From the NCBI GenBank assembly GCA_016432425.1, contig CP066688.1:642619-706618 (forward strand): a DNA stretch of 64,000 bases, read 5' to 3'. Both the position numbers and the translations under genes were made by a program. This stretch comes from Candidatus Daviesbacteria bacterium. GTDB taxonomy: Bacteria; Patescibacteriota; Microgenomatia; Daviesbacterales; UBA10151. This document shows positions 26,503 through 36,817 of the stretch, one piece after another (the stretch's first letter is position 1; each line of letters opens with the position of its first letter). The notes beneath the pieces were generated by a model. It was not told the origin of the DNA. It worked only from the letters and a program-made list of their open reading frames with translations, and made no database searches.

Positions 26503-27260
26503 AAATTAGAATTAAGGGATTAGTACTGTGTAGTGCGAGTTTATTGTTTTTGTTGTTACCCTTAATACTTAATTCTAATCCCATATCTCATGTTTACGCT
26601 GCTCAGGCAACTTTAAGCCTCTCCCCTGCCAGTGGTACAGTCAACCGTAGTTGCGCTTTTGCCTTGGAGGTAAATTTAGATACCGGAGGAGGCCAAACTG
26701 ATGGAACTGATGCTATTTTGCTCTACGATACTTCAGTTTTTTCTGCCACCTCGATTAATAAAGGTACTATTTACCAGGAATATCCTGGGACCGCAATAGA
26801 TGATAGCGCCGGTAGAGTCACTATCTCGGGGCTCGCTTCTGTGACCCAATCTTTTTCCGGCCAGGGCAAGCTCGCAACTGTTAATTTATTAGTCAAAGAT
26901 ACCGCCCCCACCGGCACTTCCCAAATTAAATTTGATTTTGACCCCAGCAACCCACAAAAAACTACTGACTCTAATGTGGTAGAACACACTAGCGTGGCAG
27001 AAATTTTAAGCTCAGTGACCAATGGAAATTATACTGTGGGGACTGGAACTTGTACTGGAACTGACTTAAATGGGAGTGGAGTCGGTGGAAGTAAAGGTGG
27101 AACTGGGGTGGAAACGACTCCTTCAGGACAGCTTAAAACTCTTCCTGCTGACCAGTTTAAAACCCTTCCCCCAGCTGGTAATGAAAAGCTTACTTTTACC
27201 TTAGCCATTTTAGGTTCTACCTTAACTATTCTGGGAATTCTTGGTTTAGTTTTACTGTAA
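26499..27260 (+). CDS. Cohesin-like domain protein with a signal peptide and a C-terminal LPxAG-like motif plus hydrophobic anchor
   Basis: The signal peptide MKIRIKGLVLC...NPISHVYAAQ is near-identical to that of CDS 5023-5808. The cohesin-like core reads ASGTVNRSCAFALEVNLD...GTDAILLYDTSVFS...GRVTISGLAS...GKLATVNLLVKDTAPTGTSQIKFDF. The C-terminus is LPPAGNEKLTFTLAILGSTLTILGILGLVLL. Confidence 0.6.
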   Translation: MKIRIKGLVLCSASLLFLLLPLILNSNPISHVYAAQATLSLSPASGTVNRSCAFALEVNLDTGGGQTDGTDAILLYDTSVFSATSINKGTIYQEYPGTAIDDSAGRVTISGLASVTQSFSGQGKLATVNLLVKDTAPTGTSQIKFDFDPSNPQKTTDSNVVEHTSVAEILSSVTNGNYTVGTGTCTGTDLNGSGVGGSKGGTGVETTPSGQLKTLPADQFKTLPPAGNEKLTFTLAILGSTLTILGILGLVLL

Positions 27261-27318
27261 TTATTGTTTGTCGGACAATCTTGACCCTTCGACTTCGCTC
27301 AGGGTAAACTATATTTAG

Positions 27319-28272
27319 ATGACTTTATCTAGTTTAATTACTGATTTTTTAGAATATTTAGAGTTGGAACGAAATACTTCTCAGTTAACCATTAAAAATT
27401 ATGACCATTATCTTAAGCGTTTCTTAAGCTTTGCCCGTTCGACAGGCTCAGGGCAGGCTGGTGATATCGATCCCAAAGAGATTGATTTAAATTTAGTCAA
27501 AAAATACCGCCTATATCTTTCCCGCTACAGTGACCCGGTCACTAAAAAATCCTTAAAACGAGTCACGCAAAATTATTTTTTAATTGCCCTGCGGGCCTTT
27601 TTGCGATTTCTCTCCCGCCAAGATATCGAGAGTTTATCAGCAGAAAAAATTGAACTGGGTGAAAGTGAAGCCCGGCCTTTGAAAGTTTTAGAAGATAGTC
27701 AGCTACAGTTAATTTTACAAGGACCGGATACCGGCAAAAAGGAAGGTTTGCGGGACCGGGCCATCTTAGAAACACTTTTCTCCACTGGTTTGCGGGTTTC
27801 GGAGCTGACTTCTTTAAACCGGGATACCATTAATTTAGAAAGGCGGGAGTTTTCTATTGTTGGTAAAGGTCAAAAAGAGCGGATTGTCTTTTTGTCGGAT
27901 GCAGCAACAGTGTGGCTGGAAAAATATTTGAGTGCCCGCAAAGACAGCTTTAAACCCCTGTTTATCCGTTTTCAGGGAAGAGTGGAAGTAGCAGATAGTG
28001 GTGAGGCAATGAGGCTGTCGGCCCGCTCTGTAGAGCGGATTGTGGAAAAATATGTTAAAGCGGCCGGGTTGCCTGTCAAGGCCACCCCCCATACTCTCCG
28101 TCACAGCTTTGCTACCGATTTGTTAATTAATGGGGCTGATATTCGCTCAGTGCAGGAGATGCTGGGACACTCTTCTATCCAAACTACCCAAATTTATACC
28201 CATGTAACTAATAAACATCTCAAAGATGTCCACAAAGCTTTTCACTCAGGGAACAAGGATTCGGATCAATGA
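27319..28272 (+). CDS. xerC: Tyrosine site-specific recombinase XerC/XerD
   Basis: HTLRHSFATDLLINGADIRSVQEMLGHSSIQTTQIYTHV carries the R..H..R..Y catalytic tetrad region. A TTGACC-N18-TAAACT promoter-like sequence lies upstream. Confidence 0.85.
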   Translation: MTLSSLITDFLEYLELERNTSQLTIKNYDHYLKRFLSFARSTGSGQAGDIDPKEIDLNLVKKYRLYLSRYSDPVTKKSLKRVTQNYFLIALRAFLRFLSRQDIESLSAEKIELGESEARPLKVLEDSQLQLILQGPDTGKKEGLRDRAILETLFSTGLRVSELTSLNRDTINLERREFSIVGKGQKERIVFLSDAATVWLEKYLSARKDSFKPLFIRFQGRVEVADSGEAMRLSARSVERIVEKYVKAAGLPVKATPHTLRHSFATDLLINGADIRSVQEMLGHSSIQTTQIYTHVTNKHLKDVHKAFHSGNKDSDQ

Positions 28273-30590
28273 CTGAGGGATTAACTACCAGCCAGGCCAA
28301 AGAGCTGCTCCAAAAATATGGTTTAAATGAAATACCCACGAAAAAAGGACTTTCAATATTTACAATTCTGTTAAATCAAATAAAAAATCCCCTATTTTTT
28401 CTCCTGCTTTTTGCCACCATTATTTCATTTTTGATTGGTGATAAACTGGATGGATTTTTAATTTTGGCTATTTTGGTTTTAAATTTTATCTTAGGCTTTT
28501 GGCAAGAATATAAGGCTTCTAAAGAGTTGGAAGCGCTGCAAAAGCTGGAGATAACCTTGGCCAGAGTTTTAAGAGATGGTGAAGAAGTAGAGCTGCCCGC
28601 CTCACAAATAGTCTCTGGGGATATGGTAATTTTAAGAGCAGGAGATGCTGTCCCTGCTGATGCGCAGGTGATAGAGAGTGTTTCCCTACAAATTAATGAA
28701 GCTATCTTAACCGGAGAGTCAATGCCTGTTCCCAAACTTGAATATAGTAATTCGCAGACAAACGAAAATACCGTTTTCCTGGGGACCACGGTAGTTTCCG
28801 GCAGGGGCAAAGTTAAAGTTATATCTACCGGTAAAAATACTAAATTTGCCGGTATTGCCTTAAGTTTAAGTCAAGTTGAAGAAGAGAAAACTCCCCTGGA
28901 GATAGCCTTAAATAAATTAGGGTTTGCCCTGATTGGGATAGTGGCAGTGATGGTGGGAATTATTTTTACCTATCAAATTACCCAGGGAGGGGCTTTCATT
29001 GAGTCGATTATTTTAAGCGTTGTCTTAATGGTAGCTGCAGTTCCAGAAGGGCTACCCGCTGTGGTAACAGTGGTTTTGGCCATTGGGGTCAGAGAAATGT
29101 ATAAAAGGAAAGCTTTGGTGAAGCGGTTGGTTTCCATAGAAAACTTAGGAGCTTCAACGGTGATTTTAAGTGATAAAACCGGAACTTTGACTAAAAATGA
29201 AATGAGAGTTAAAAGGATCGAAGTTTTTGGCAGGAGTAAAAATGACCTGCTGCGGGCTAGTGTACTTTGTAATAGTGCTAATTTAGTTATTAAAGAAGAT
29301 GGTGGTGTAGACATTCTGGGAGATACTACGGAGGGCTCCTTGCTTGTTTTTGCCAAAGATCAGGGTGTAGATCTTGAGGCTTTGAGAATGGAAGGAAAAA
29401 TGACTGAAGAGGTACCTTTTAGTTTAGAAACGCGTTTAATGACTACTGTTTGGCAGATTGACGGCAAGAAAATCACTTTTAAAAAAGGGGCGCCCGAGGC
29501 TGTTTTAACTCAAACAACTTTGAGTAAAAAAGATTTAAAGTTGTGGGATGAAAGGGTTAAAGAGATGGCCTCAAGCGCTTTGCGGGTACTGGCTTTATCC
29601 CGGGATGATAAATTCTTAGGGTTAGTGGGTATTGCCGATGAAGCAAGACCCGAGGCCAAAGAAGCAATCAGGCTGGCAAGAGGTGCCGGGATTAAAGTGG
29701 TGATGGTGACCGGCGACAATGAACTGACTGCTAAAGCCATTGGTGAAGAAGTAGGTCTTTTGCAAAAAGGAGATGAGATTTTAGCTGGATCAGTACTTGA
29801 GCAAATGAGTGATGAAGATCTGCTAACTCGCCTGGAAAAGGTCAGCATCTTTGCCAGGATTACCCCTAATCAAAAATTGAGGTTAGTGAGGCTATATCAA
29901 AAAAAAGGTGAAATTGTGGCAGTCACCGGAGACGGAGTAAATGACTCTTTGGCTTTAAAGCAAGCTAATGTGGGTGTGGCCATGGGAATAACTGGGACTG
30001 ATGTGGCTAAAGAAGCTGCAGACATTGTTCTTCTGGATGACAATTTTGCCACCTTGGTAAACACTATTGAACAAGGAAGGCTAACTTACAGTAATATTTT
30101 AAAAGTAACCAGATTTTTATTAGCTGGTAACTTATCAGAGATTTCATTTATTGGTTTGGCAGTTTTAATGGGATTGCCTACCCCGCTTCTGCCTGCCCAA
30201 ATTCTCTGGATTAATTTTGTGACCGATGGTTTGCCGGCCTTGGCTTTAGGTTTTGATCGGGCCTCACCTAATTTAATGAAAACTCCTCCCCGATCAGGCT
30301 TAAATTTATTAGACCAAACTTCGCTAAAGATTATCATTTTAGGAGGATTATTAATTGCGTTTACCTGCTTAACAGTTTTTTATTTCCTGTTTAACTTTTA
30401 TAATTTAGAGGCGGCCCGGGCCAGTGTATTTACTCTCATGGTCATTTTGCAGATGATCTTTGTTTTTGTAATCAGACGCCATCATTCTGCTACCTCTAAT
30501 AAATGGTTACTCTCCTCGATTATATTTATTGTCACCATGCAGCTTTTAATATTAATAGTAGAACCCTTAAGAATTTTATTCAAGCTTTAA
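28269..30590 (+). CDS. P-type cation-transporting ATPase (type II-like; Ca2+/Mg2+ class likely)
   Basis: DKTGTLT is the phosphorylation site, GDGVNDS the hinge, and TGES is present. The protein has about 10 TM helices and overlaps the xerC stop by 4 bp. Confidence 0.88.
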   Translation: MTEGLTTSQAKELLQKYGLNEIPTKKGLSIFTILLNQIKNPLFFLLLFATIISFLIGDKLDGFLILAILVLNFILGFWQEYKASKELEALQKLEITLARVLRDGEEVELPASQIVSGDMVILRAGDAVPADAQVIESVSLQINEAILTGESMPVPKLEYSNSQTNENTVFLGTTVVSGRGKVKVISTGKNTKFAGIALSLSQVEEEKTPLEIALNKLGFALIGIVAVMVGIIFTYQITQGGAFIESIILSVVLMVAAVPEGLPAVVTVVLAIGVREMYKRKALVKRLVSIENLGASTVILSDKTGTLTKNEMRVKRIEVFGRSKNDLLRASVLCNSANLVIKEDGGVDILGDTTEGSLLVFAKDQGVDLEALRMEGKMTEEVPFSLETRLMTTVWQIDGKKITFKKGAPEAVLTQTTLSKKDLKLWDERVKEMASSALRVLALSRDDKFLGLVGIADEARPEAKEAIRLARGAGIKVVMVTGDNELTAKAIGEEVGLLQKGDEILAGSVLEQMSDEDLLTRLEKVSIFARITPNQKLRLVRLYQKKGEIVAVTGDGVNDSLALKQANVGVAMGITGTDVAKEAADIVLLDDNFATLVNTIEQGRLTYSNILKVTRFLLAGNLSEISFIGLAVLMGLPTPLLPAQILWINFVTDGLPALALGFDRASPNLMKTPPRSGLNLLDQTSLKIIILGGLLIAFTCLTVFYFLFNFYNLEAARASVFTLMVILQMIFVFVIRRHHSATSNKWLLSSIIFIVTMQLLILIVEPLRILFKL

Positions 30591-30688
30591 GCTTAGCTGG
30601 CTATAATCCCACCTGGAGGGTGGAATTATATTAAGCTTTGTTCTCCATCTTCATCATGGGTTTTAAAAATGAAGATTACAAGATCTGC

Positions 30689-30898
30689 TTATATTGGTTT
30701 GCCGGACAGGCCATAAACTAGTAGATCATTAGTAAAACCAAGAGCTTGATAGGGCCAGGTAAAAACCACAAAGAAAAACCCCGGAGAGGAAAATGACAGT
30801 CCTGACCATTTGTAATAAATGGCAAAAGCAAAAGCAAAAGCTAAACCAACTAGGAAATAAATGATGGCAACCGTGGAAAAAACTTTTTCTTTGGTCAT
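30689..30898 (-). CDS. Small hypothetical membrane protein (69 aa, 2 TM)
   Basis: ORF plus hydrophobicity; 3 nt downstream of the gyrA stop. Confidence 0.4.
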   Translation of the reverse strand: MTKEKVFSTVAIIYFLVGLAFAFAFAIYYKWSGLSFSSPGFFFVVFTWPYQALGFTNDLLVYGLSGKPI

Positions 30899-30901
30899 AA
30901 A

Positions 30902-33397
30902 TTAATCTGCCCTATCTTTAGATGATACTACAGTGGCAGCAGCTACTCTCTCTCCATCTCGAGTTCTCATTAAGATAACTCCTTGGGTTTGGCGCTGCAG
31001 CGTGGGAACTTCTTTAAGGTTCATTTTAATTAATTGTCCTTTATTAGAAGTTAATACCAAAGTATCCATATTTTTATCTACTACCTGGGCAGTGACTATA
31101 GAGCCTGTTTTAGCAGTGACTTGGGCTGCTTTCACCCCAGAGCCTCCCCGACCTTGTTTGTTCCAAGCTGAAGTTTTTGTCTTTTTGCCCAAGCCATTCT
31201 CCATAATTACTAGGAGTTCTCCTTCGGCCCCCACTATATTTAAAGAAACCACCTCATCATCTTTACCCAATTTAATGCCTCTTACTCCGGAAGTATCCCG
31301 GTGAGTAGCCTTCACTTGTTTTTCCGGGAATCTAATTGACTGACCTTTTTGGGAAACAATAATCAAATCACTTTCTCCGGCGGTAGTACCAACCCAGCCC
31401 AAAATATCACCCTTATCAAGCTTAATGGCCACCAGGCCATTTTTTCTAATATTGGTATATTCTTCCAGAAGAGTTTTTTTAACGCTACCATTTTTGGTGC
31501 ACATAAACATAAATTTGCTCTGTTCATTTTTACCCCTAGTAGTCAAAACAGCGGTAATTTTTTCACCTTGCTCAATATTAATTAGATTAACTATAGCTTG
31601 ACCTTTAGCCGCCCTCCCCGTCTCAGGGATTTCCCAGACTTTTAGTTGAAAAACTTTACCGGAATTAGTAAAAAATAGTAGATTATCATGGGTTTGAGTA
31701 TAAAAAATATGAGAAACAGCATCAGTTTCTTTAGTAGCAATTCCCATTACTCCCTTACCGCCCCGCTGTTGGGTACGGAAAGATTGGGGTGATTGACGTT
31801 TAATGTAGCCGCCGGCAGTAATGGTTACGATGGTAGTTTCATTTGCCACCAGATCTTCCTCATTAAACTCCCCCACCTTTTGTTTATAAACGCGGGTTCT
31901 GCGATCATCAGCATATTTTTCTTTAATTTTGGAAATTTCATCCCGCACTACCTTTAAAATTTTAACCGGATGAGCTAATAAATCTTCCAAATAAGCGATG
32001 GTTTCCTGGACTAGCTTGAGCTCATCTTCAATTTTTTGCCGCTCCAATGCCGCCAAACGCCGCAACTGCATCTCCAAAATAGCTTGGGCTTGCAGAGGCG
32101 ATAATTTGAATTTTTTAATTAAATTAACTTTGGCTTCGTCCGCGTCACGGCTTTTACGGATAGTAGTAATGACCTCATCAATATTATCAACCGCAATTTT
32201 TAACCCTTCTAAAATATGAGCCCGAGCCTTTGCTTCTGCCAGTTCAAATTCAGAGCGGCGGGTAACAATAATCTGGCGGTGTTTGATAAATTCCTCTAAA
32301 ACATGTTTTAAGTTAAGTAAATGTGGGACGCCATCAACCAAAGCCACCAAGTTGACATTAAAGACTGACTGCATGGCAGTGTGTTTGTATAAGTTATTTA
32401 AAACTGACTGAGGTTTACCATCTCTTTTAAGGTCAATTACTACTCTGACCATCTGTTTGCGGTCTGATTCATCCCGCAGGTCAGAAATTCCCTCTAGTTT
32501 TTTGTCTTTGACCAGCTCGGCAATGCGGGCAATCAAAGTAGATTTGTTAACTTGGTAAGGAATTTCAGTAACAATAATTTGCATTTTGCCGCCTTTGGTT
32601 TCCTCAATTTCTGCCTTGGCCCGCATGACAATGCGGCCCCGGCCGCTAATGTAGGCGGCCATAATCTCACTTTGGTCATAAATAGAAGCTCCGGTGGGAA
32701 AATCCGGGCCTTTAATAAATTGCATTAACTGCTCGACTGTTACATCTTGGGTCACACTTTGCTCCGCGCCACCCCCCGCCTCCCCGTTTGTTTTGGGGGA
32801 TTTTTCCAACATGTAAATTAAGGCATCGCAAACTTCCCCTAAATTATGGGGCGGAATTTGGGTGGCCATTCCCACGGCAATACCGGAGGCTCCATTAAGT
32901 AGCAAGTTGGGTAAAACTGAAGGTAGCAGGGTTGGTTCCTGGGTAGTACCGGAATAATTATCAATAAAATCCACAGTGTTTTTATTGATATCTCTCAGTA
33001 ACTCTTCGGAGATGGCAGAAAGGCGGGCTTCAGTATAGCGCATGGCGGCCGGTGAGTCGCCGTCAATAGATCCAAAATTCCCCTGGCCATCAATTAAAGG
33101 ATAACGCAAAGAAAAATTTTGGGCCATCCTGACCATAGCCTCATAAACCGGGGCATCTCCATGGGGATGAAGATTTTTTAAGACCTCTCCTACTACGGCA
33201 GCTGATTTTTGATAGCGGGAGCTGTGGTGTAAACCCTGTTCATGCATGGCATAAATAATGCGGCGCTGGACTGGTTTGAGGCCATCCCGGACATCCGGCA
33301 ACGCCCGGGAGACAATTACCGACATGGCATAATTCATGTAGGAATTCTGCATTTCTTCGACAATAGGGGTGGATTGAATTTTACCAATATCAGCCAT
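30902..33397 (-). CDS. gyrA: DNA gyrase subunit A
   Basis: The N-terminus [26 protein letters not shown]...[10 protein letters not shown] includes the catalytic Tyr region. A C-terminal beta-pinwheel region follows. Confidence 0.95.
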   Translation of the reverse strand: MADIGKIQSTPIVEEMQNSYMNYAMSVIVSRALPDVRDGLKPVQRRIIYAMHEQGLHHSSRYQKSAAVVGEVLKNLHPHGDAPVYEAMVRMAQNFSLRYPLIDGQGNFGSIDGDSPAAMRYTEARLSAISEELLRDINKNTVDFIDNYSGTTQEPTLLPSVLPNLLLNGASGIAVGMATQIPPHNLGEVCDALIYMLEKSPKTNGEAGGGAEQSVTQDVTVEQLMQFIKGPDFPTGASIYDQSEIMAAYISGRGRIVMRAKAEIEETKGGKMQIIVTEIPYQVNKSTLIARIAELVKDKKLEGISDLRDESDRKQMVRVVIDLKRDGKPQSVLNNLYKHTAMQSVFNVNLVALVDGVPHLLNLKHVLEEFIKHRQIIVTRRSEFELAEAKARAHILEGLKIAVDNIDEVITTIRKSRDADEAKVNLIKKFKLSPLQAQAILEMQLRRLAALERQKIEDELKLVQETIAYLEDLLAHPVKILKVVRDEISKIKEKYADDRRTRVYKQKVGEFNEEDLVANETTIVTITAGGYIKRQSPQSFRTQQRGGKGVMGIATKETDAVSHIFYTQTHDNLLFFTNSGKVFQLKVWEIPETGRAAKGQAIVNLINIEQGEKITAVLTTRGKNEQSKFMFMCTKNGSVKKTLLEEYTNIRKNGLVAIKLDKGDILGWVGTTAGESDLIIVSQKGQSIRFPEKQVKATHRDTSGVRGIKLGKDDEVVSLNIVGAEGELLVIMENGLGKKTKTSAWNKQGRGGSGVKAAQVTAKTGSIVTAQVVDKNMDTLVLTSNKGQLIKMNLKEVPTLQRQTQGVILMRTRDGERVAAATVVSSKDRAD

Positions 33398-33457
33398 GGT
33401 TAGACATTAAAAATGGGCCTAAGACCCTTAAATGAATTATACCTTTTTTTGAAGCTA

Positions 33458-34495
33458 TTAAGCAAGGGTTTTTGCGTGGTATTCCTCTATTTGCTCCAAA
33501 ACTTCTCTGGCAGGGATAAACATATCTCTGGTATTAATATCACCAAATCCCAGTTTTCTGTTGCTCGGATGATAAGAAGGGTCATACCCACTTCCTCCCA
33601 ACACTAATTTTCCTGCTTCTTTAGCTATTTTAGCGAGGTCTGCCTGTAGAGGAGTGGCATAGTACCCTTCTAAGCCGTCGACACCTAATTGTAATAGTTC
33701 GGGTAAAAATTTATATGGAGGAGGCTCTCCATTAACATGTTGAAAATGAGGATGGGCGATGACTACTACCCCATTTGCCTCACGCACAACCTCAATAAAT
33801 TTTCTGGGATCTAGCGGGTCGCCCCAAACTCTATAAGTTGATTCTGCTTTCAGATCAGGTCTGACTGCACTATCTGCAGAAAAATGTAGCCAATATAAAA
33901 CCCGCGCTAAATCGCCTTGATCCTGAGGTCTCCTTTGATAATGCTGCCAAATTTTGCCGCTTCTTTCAGACGTATATTGTTCTAGTGTTTTTTCGTTAGC
34001 TGGATTTAAGGTTGCTGCTAAAGATAAATAGTAAGCTGTTTCAGCAGTTTCACCAGAGTGAACTTTATCTAAAATAGCTTGGTTTTGCGGGACAGGACTT
34101 AAATCAAGACCTAGTTGTTGCTGTAGAAATCTTGACTGGAAGGCAACTTTTTCTCTGGTCATCGACAAATTAGAATTTCCCCGAGGGTCAATTAGGTCAT
34201 GTAAGCGTGGGTTTTGAGGATCAAAACCTAGAGCAATTAATTCAAAGTGATAGCCGGCAGGGGTTTTAAAAAATATTTCTGCTCCGGGTAGGACAGTAAT
34301 CCCCAAGGCTTCTCCCTGTTCTACCAGTTCAGCCATTTTATCCATCTGCACCATACCTCGTTGCAGGGCACCGAGTACGACCACCCTATTTTGGGTGGCT
34401 GTTTGTAATAACTGGCCGTTGTGAAGGGTGTCATAGTGGACATGTAAATCCGCTCTTTCCGCCTCTTTTGCTCTCATATATGTAATTTCTGCCAA
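33458..34495 (-). CDS. PHP-domain metal-dependent phosphoesterase
   Basis: DLHVHYDTLH at the N-terminus and VVIAHPHF later are PHP His motifs. Confidence 0.65.
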   Translation of the reverse strand: MAEITYMRAKEAERADLHVHYDTLHNGQLLQTATQNRVVVLGALQRGMVQMDKMAELVEQGEALGITVLPGAEIFFKTPAGYHFELIALGFDPQNPRLHDLIDPRGNSNLSMTREKVAFQSRFLQQQLGLDLSPVPQNQAILDKVHSGETAETAYYLSLAATLNPANEKTLEQYTSERSGKIWQHYQRRPQDQGDLARVLYWLHFSADSAVRPDLKAESTYRVWGDPLDPRKFIEVVREANGVVVIAHPHFQHVNGEPPPYKFLPELLQLGVDGLEGYYATPLQADLAKIAKEAGKLVLGGSGYDPSYHPSNRKLGFGDINTRDMFIPAREVLEQIEEYHAKTLA

Positions 34496-35187
34496 AGCCG
34501 GCGGGCTGCCAAAAGTTCCTTTTTGGTATTAATACTTCTCCACTGGTTTGGGTCAGTTAATTTTACCTCATTTAGGCTACCCTCTTCAAGCGCTACAGAG
34601 ATTAAGGAAGTTAGTAAGATTTCCCCACTGAGGGCTTTTTTTACCTTAGGCAGGCGTGTTTCTAGCCATTTTCTATTAAATAAATAGATACCACAAACCA
34701 CCTCATTGCCGTCCTGCCCGGTTTTAATCCCAATCATCTTGCCACTACTGTCTCTGACTACCCGGCCAGAGATAGCCGCATTTTTGGAGACAGTAGCCAT
34801 AATTGTCATTTTAGCAGCTGATTTTAAATGATTATATATAATTTTTGTAAGAGTTGATGCTTTGTAAAAACAGGAATCATCCCCATTTATCACTACGACA
34901 GTTTGGCAATTTGTTGGTAAGGCGGGTAAAGCTACTAAAACGGCATGACCAGTTCCTAAGAGATCCTTTTGTTGTACAAAATTCCAGCTGTCTCCCAAAG
35001 TTTTTTTAACTAAATCTGATTTATAGCCTATTACTATCAAGATTTTTTCTAAATTAAGTTTTTTAAAAATCTTTAAAGTTAAAGCTAAAATTGGTTGGTG
35101 ATTAATAGTGGATAAAACTTTCGGTTTTGAAGATTGCATCCGAGTACCCTTGCCGGCTGCCAAAACAATGGCACAAACGTTTTTCAT
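34474..35187 (-). CDS. Sugar-phosphate nucleotidyltransferase (GlmU-N / MurU-like NTP_transferase)
   Basis: The N-terminus AIVLAAGKGTRMQSSKPKVL is the G(x)GTR loop. The 237-aa protein has no acetyltransferase domain. Confidence 0.75.
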   Translation of the reverse strand: MKNVCAIVLAAGKGTRMQSSKPKVLSTINHQPILALTLKIFKKLNLEKILIVIGYKSDLVKKTLGDSWNFVQQKDLLGTGHAVLVALPALPTNCQTVVVINGDDSCFYKASTLTKIIYNHLKSAAKMTIMATVSKNAAISGRVVRDSSGKMIGIKTGQDGNEVVCGIYLFNRKWLETRLPKVKKALSGEILLTSLISVALEEGSLNEVKLTDPNQWRSINTKKELLAARRLWQKLHI

Positions 35188-35244
35188 AAGTAGTATTTTA
35201 CACCTTCTTTGATTTATGGGCTTATTTAAAATATAATTTACTTC

Positions 35245-35850
35245 ATGATTGAGGCAGTTATTTTTGACGTTGGAGGAGTTTTACATATTTATGATGGGCA
35301 ATTAGTACAAACAGAAGTTATATCTGGACTATCAATTACTTTAGATACATTTAGACAGGTCTGGGTATCTTTAACTAACAAGTTGGAAATGGGCCTATTG
35401 ACTGAAGAAGAATATTGGGAAGAATTTAAGAAAGCTACTGGGAGTACAGTGCAATTACCTGAGGAATCGCTTTTAGTTCGTGGTTTGAGAAAGAGTTTCC
35501 ACATCAATACAGAAGTGATTGAAATTGTGAGGAGATTAAAAAAGCAAGGTTTTAAGCTGGCGGTTTTATCAAACACTATTCTCCCTCATACTCGGTATAT
35601 GGATGAGATTGGCCTTTATGATTTGTTTGATCGAAAATTGTTTTCTTATGACATAGGTGCTAAAAAACCAGACCCCAGAACTTATCAAGCAGCTTTAGCT
35701 GCTTTAGATATTTCTCCTACTGTAGGAGTATTTATAGATGACAGGGAAGAAAATGTGACAGCTGCAAATCAACTCGGGCTTAATGGATTAGTGTACACCA
35801 CTGCCGAGAAGCTTAGGGAAGATTTTTCCATATTAGGAATCCATGTATAA
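35245..35850 (+). CDS. HAD-superfamily hydrolase/phosphatase (subfamily IA)
   Basis: FDVGGVL is HAD motif I, LSNT motif II, and K...FIDDREEN motifs III/IV. Confidence 0.8.
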   Translation: MIEAVIFDVGGVLHIYDGQLVQTEVISGLSITLDTFRQVWVSLTNKLEMGLLTEEEYWEEFKKATGSTVQLPEESLLVRGLRKSFHINTEVIEIVRRLKKQGFKLAVLSNTILPHTRYMDEIGLYDLFDRKLFSYDIGAKKPDPRTYQAALAALDISPTVGVFIDDREENVTAANQLGLNGLVYTTAEKLREDFSILGIHV

Positions 35851-36817
35851 ATTATTAGAGAAGTTTGCCATTAGACACTTAGGTAGTAACGTTTTGACAA
35901 TTTCAGAACTTAAAATATCCTCTCTTTCCATAAAAAAACATCTCTTAATTACCACTAAAGATAATAATCTATATTTGGTTTCACAATTTTCTAACAAGGA
36001 CAAGTTGTCTTTCGCTAATTTTATCAACACCCAAACTTTTCTAGATAAGCACCGAATAAGAGTACCTTCGGTTTTAGCTAAGGATAAAAGGAAGCTGCTA
36101 TTTATTCAAAAATATTTAGGCGATCTATCTCTATATAAATTCGTTTCGTCTCGAGATATTAGTAGTCATGATATAGTTAAAATTTATCAAAAAGTTATTA
36201 ATCTTTTGATAGACGCTCAACTTATTCGGGACAAATCCTGTATAGCGTTTGAGAAAGAGTTTGGATTGGATAGGTTAATAGCTGAATACAATATTTTTGT
36301 TAAGCCTTATTTAATAGATAATCTATGGAAAAATAAGTTAAATAAAATACAAAAGGTAGAATTTAAACAATTCTATCAAAAATTAGCTCAAATTTTAGCA
36401 GAAGTTCCTAAAGTTTTTTGTTTTAGAGACTTTCAGTCTACGAATTTGATTTTAGATAAAGATTCAAATGTTTTTGTAATAGACTTTCAAGGTGCTAGAT
36501 TGGCCTTCCCGCAGTATGATTTAGCTTCGCTGTTAGAGGATAATTACATAATTTTGTCTCAAAAGGCTAGAAATTTATTACTTGACTACTATATGAAAGA
36601 ATACCAGAAAAAATCAGGCACAAAAATTAATGTTGAAGAATTTAAAAAAATCTATCGTCTGGCTACTATTCAAAGAAAGCTTCATGATTTGGCAATTTTT
36701 GTTCGGGCAAAAGTTAAAGAAAATAACGATTATTTTATGAAATATATACCTGAAAATATGGCAAGATTGACAGTTTTACTTCAAAATGAAGGATTAGATT
36801 TTAATCTCAATTCTTAG
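35843..36817 (+). CDS. Aminoglycoside-phosphotransferase-fold (APH/choline-kinase family) small-molecule kinase
   Basis: VIDFQGARLAFPQYDLASLLED is the catalytic loop / DFG-like region of APH-fold kinases. It overlaps the HAD gene by 8 bp. Confidence 0.7.
   Translation: MYKLLEKFAIRHLGSNVLTISELKISSLSIKKHLLITTKDNNLYLVSQFSNKDKLSFANFINTQTFLDKHRIRVPSVLAKDKRKLLFIQKYLGDLSLYKFVSSRDISSHDIVKIYQKVINLLIDAQLIRDKSCIAFEKEFGLDRLIAEYNIFVKPYLIDNLWKNKLNKIQKVEFKQFYQKLAQILAEVPKVFCFRDFQSTNLILDKDSNVFVIDFQGARLAFPQYDLASLLEDNYIILSQKARNLLLDYYMKEYQKKSGTKINVEEFKKIYRLATIQRKLHDLAIFVRAKVKENNDYFMKYIPENMARLTVLLQNEGLDFNLNS

Noticed and set aside
30591-30688. A hairpin CCACC-TGGAG-GGTGG flanked by AAGCTT repeats after the P-type ATPase, as a bidirectional terminator
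   Set aside because: The stem is only 5 bp and the T-tract is weak. It is plausible, but the sequence alone does not support calling it a feature.
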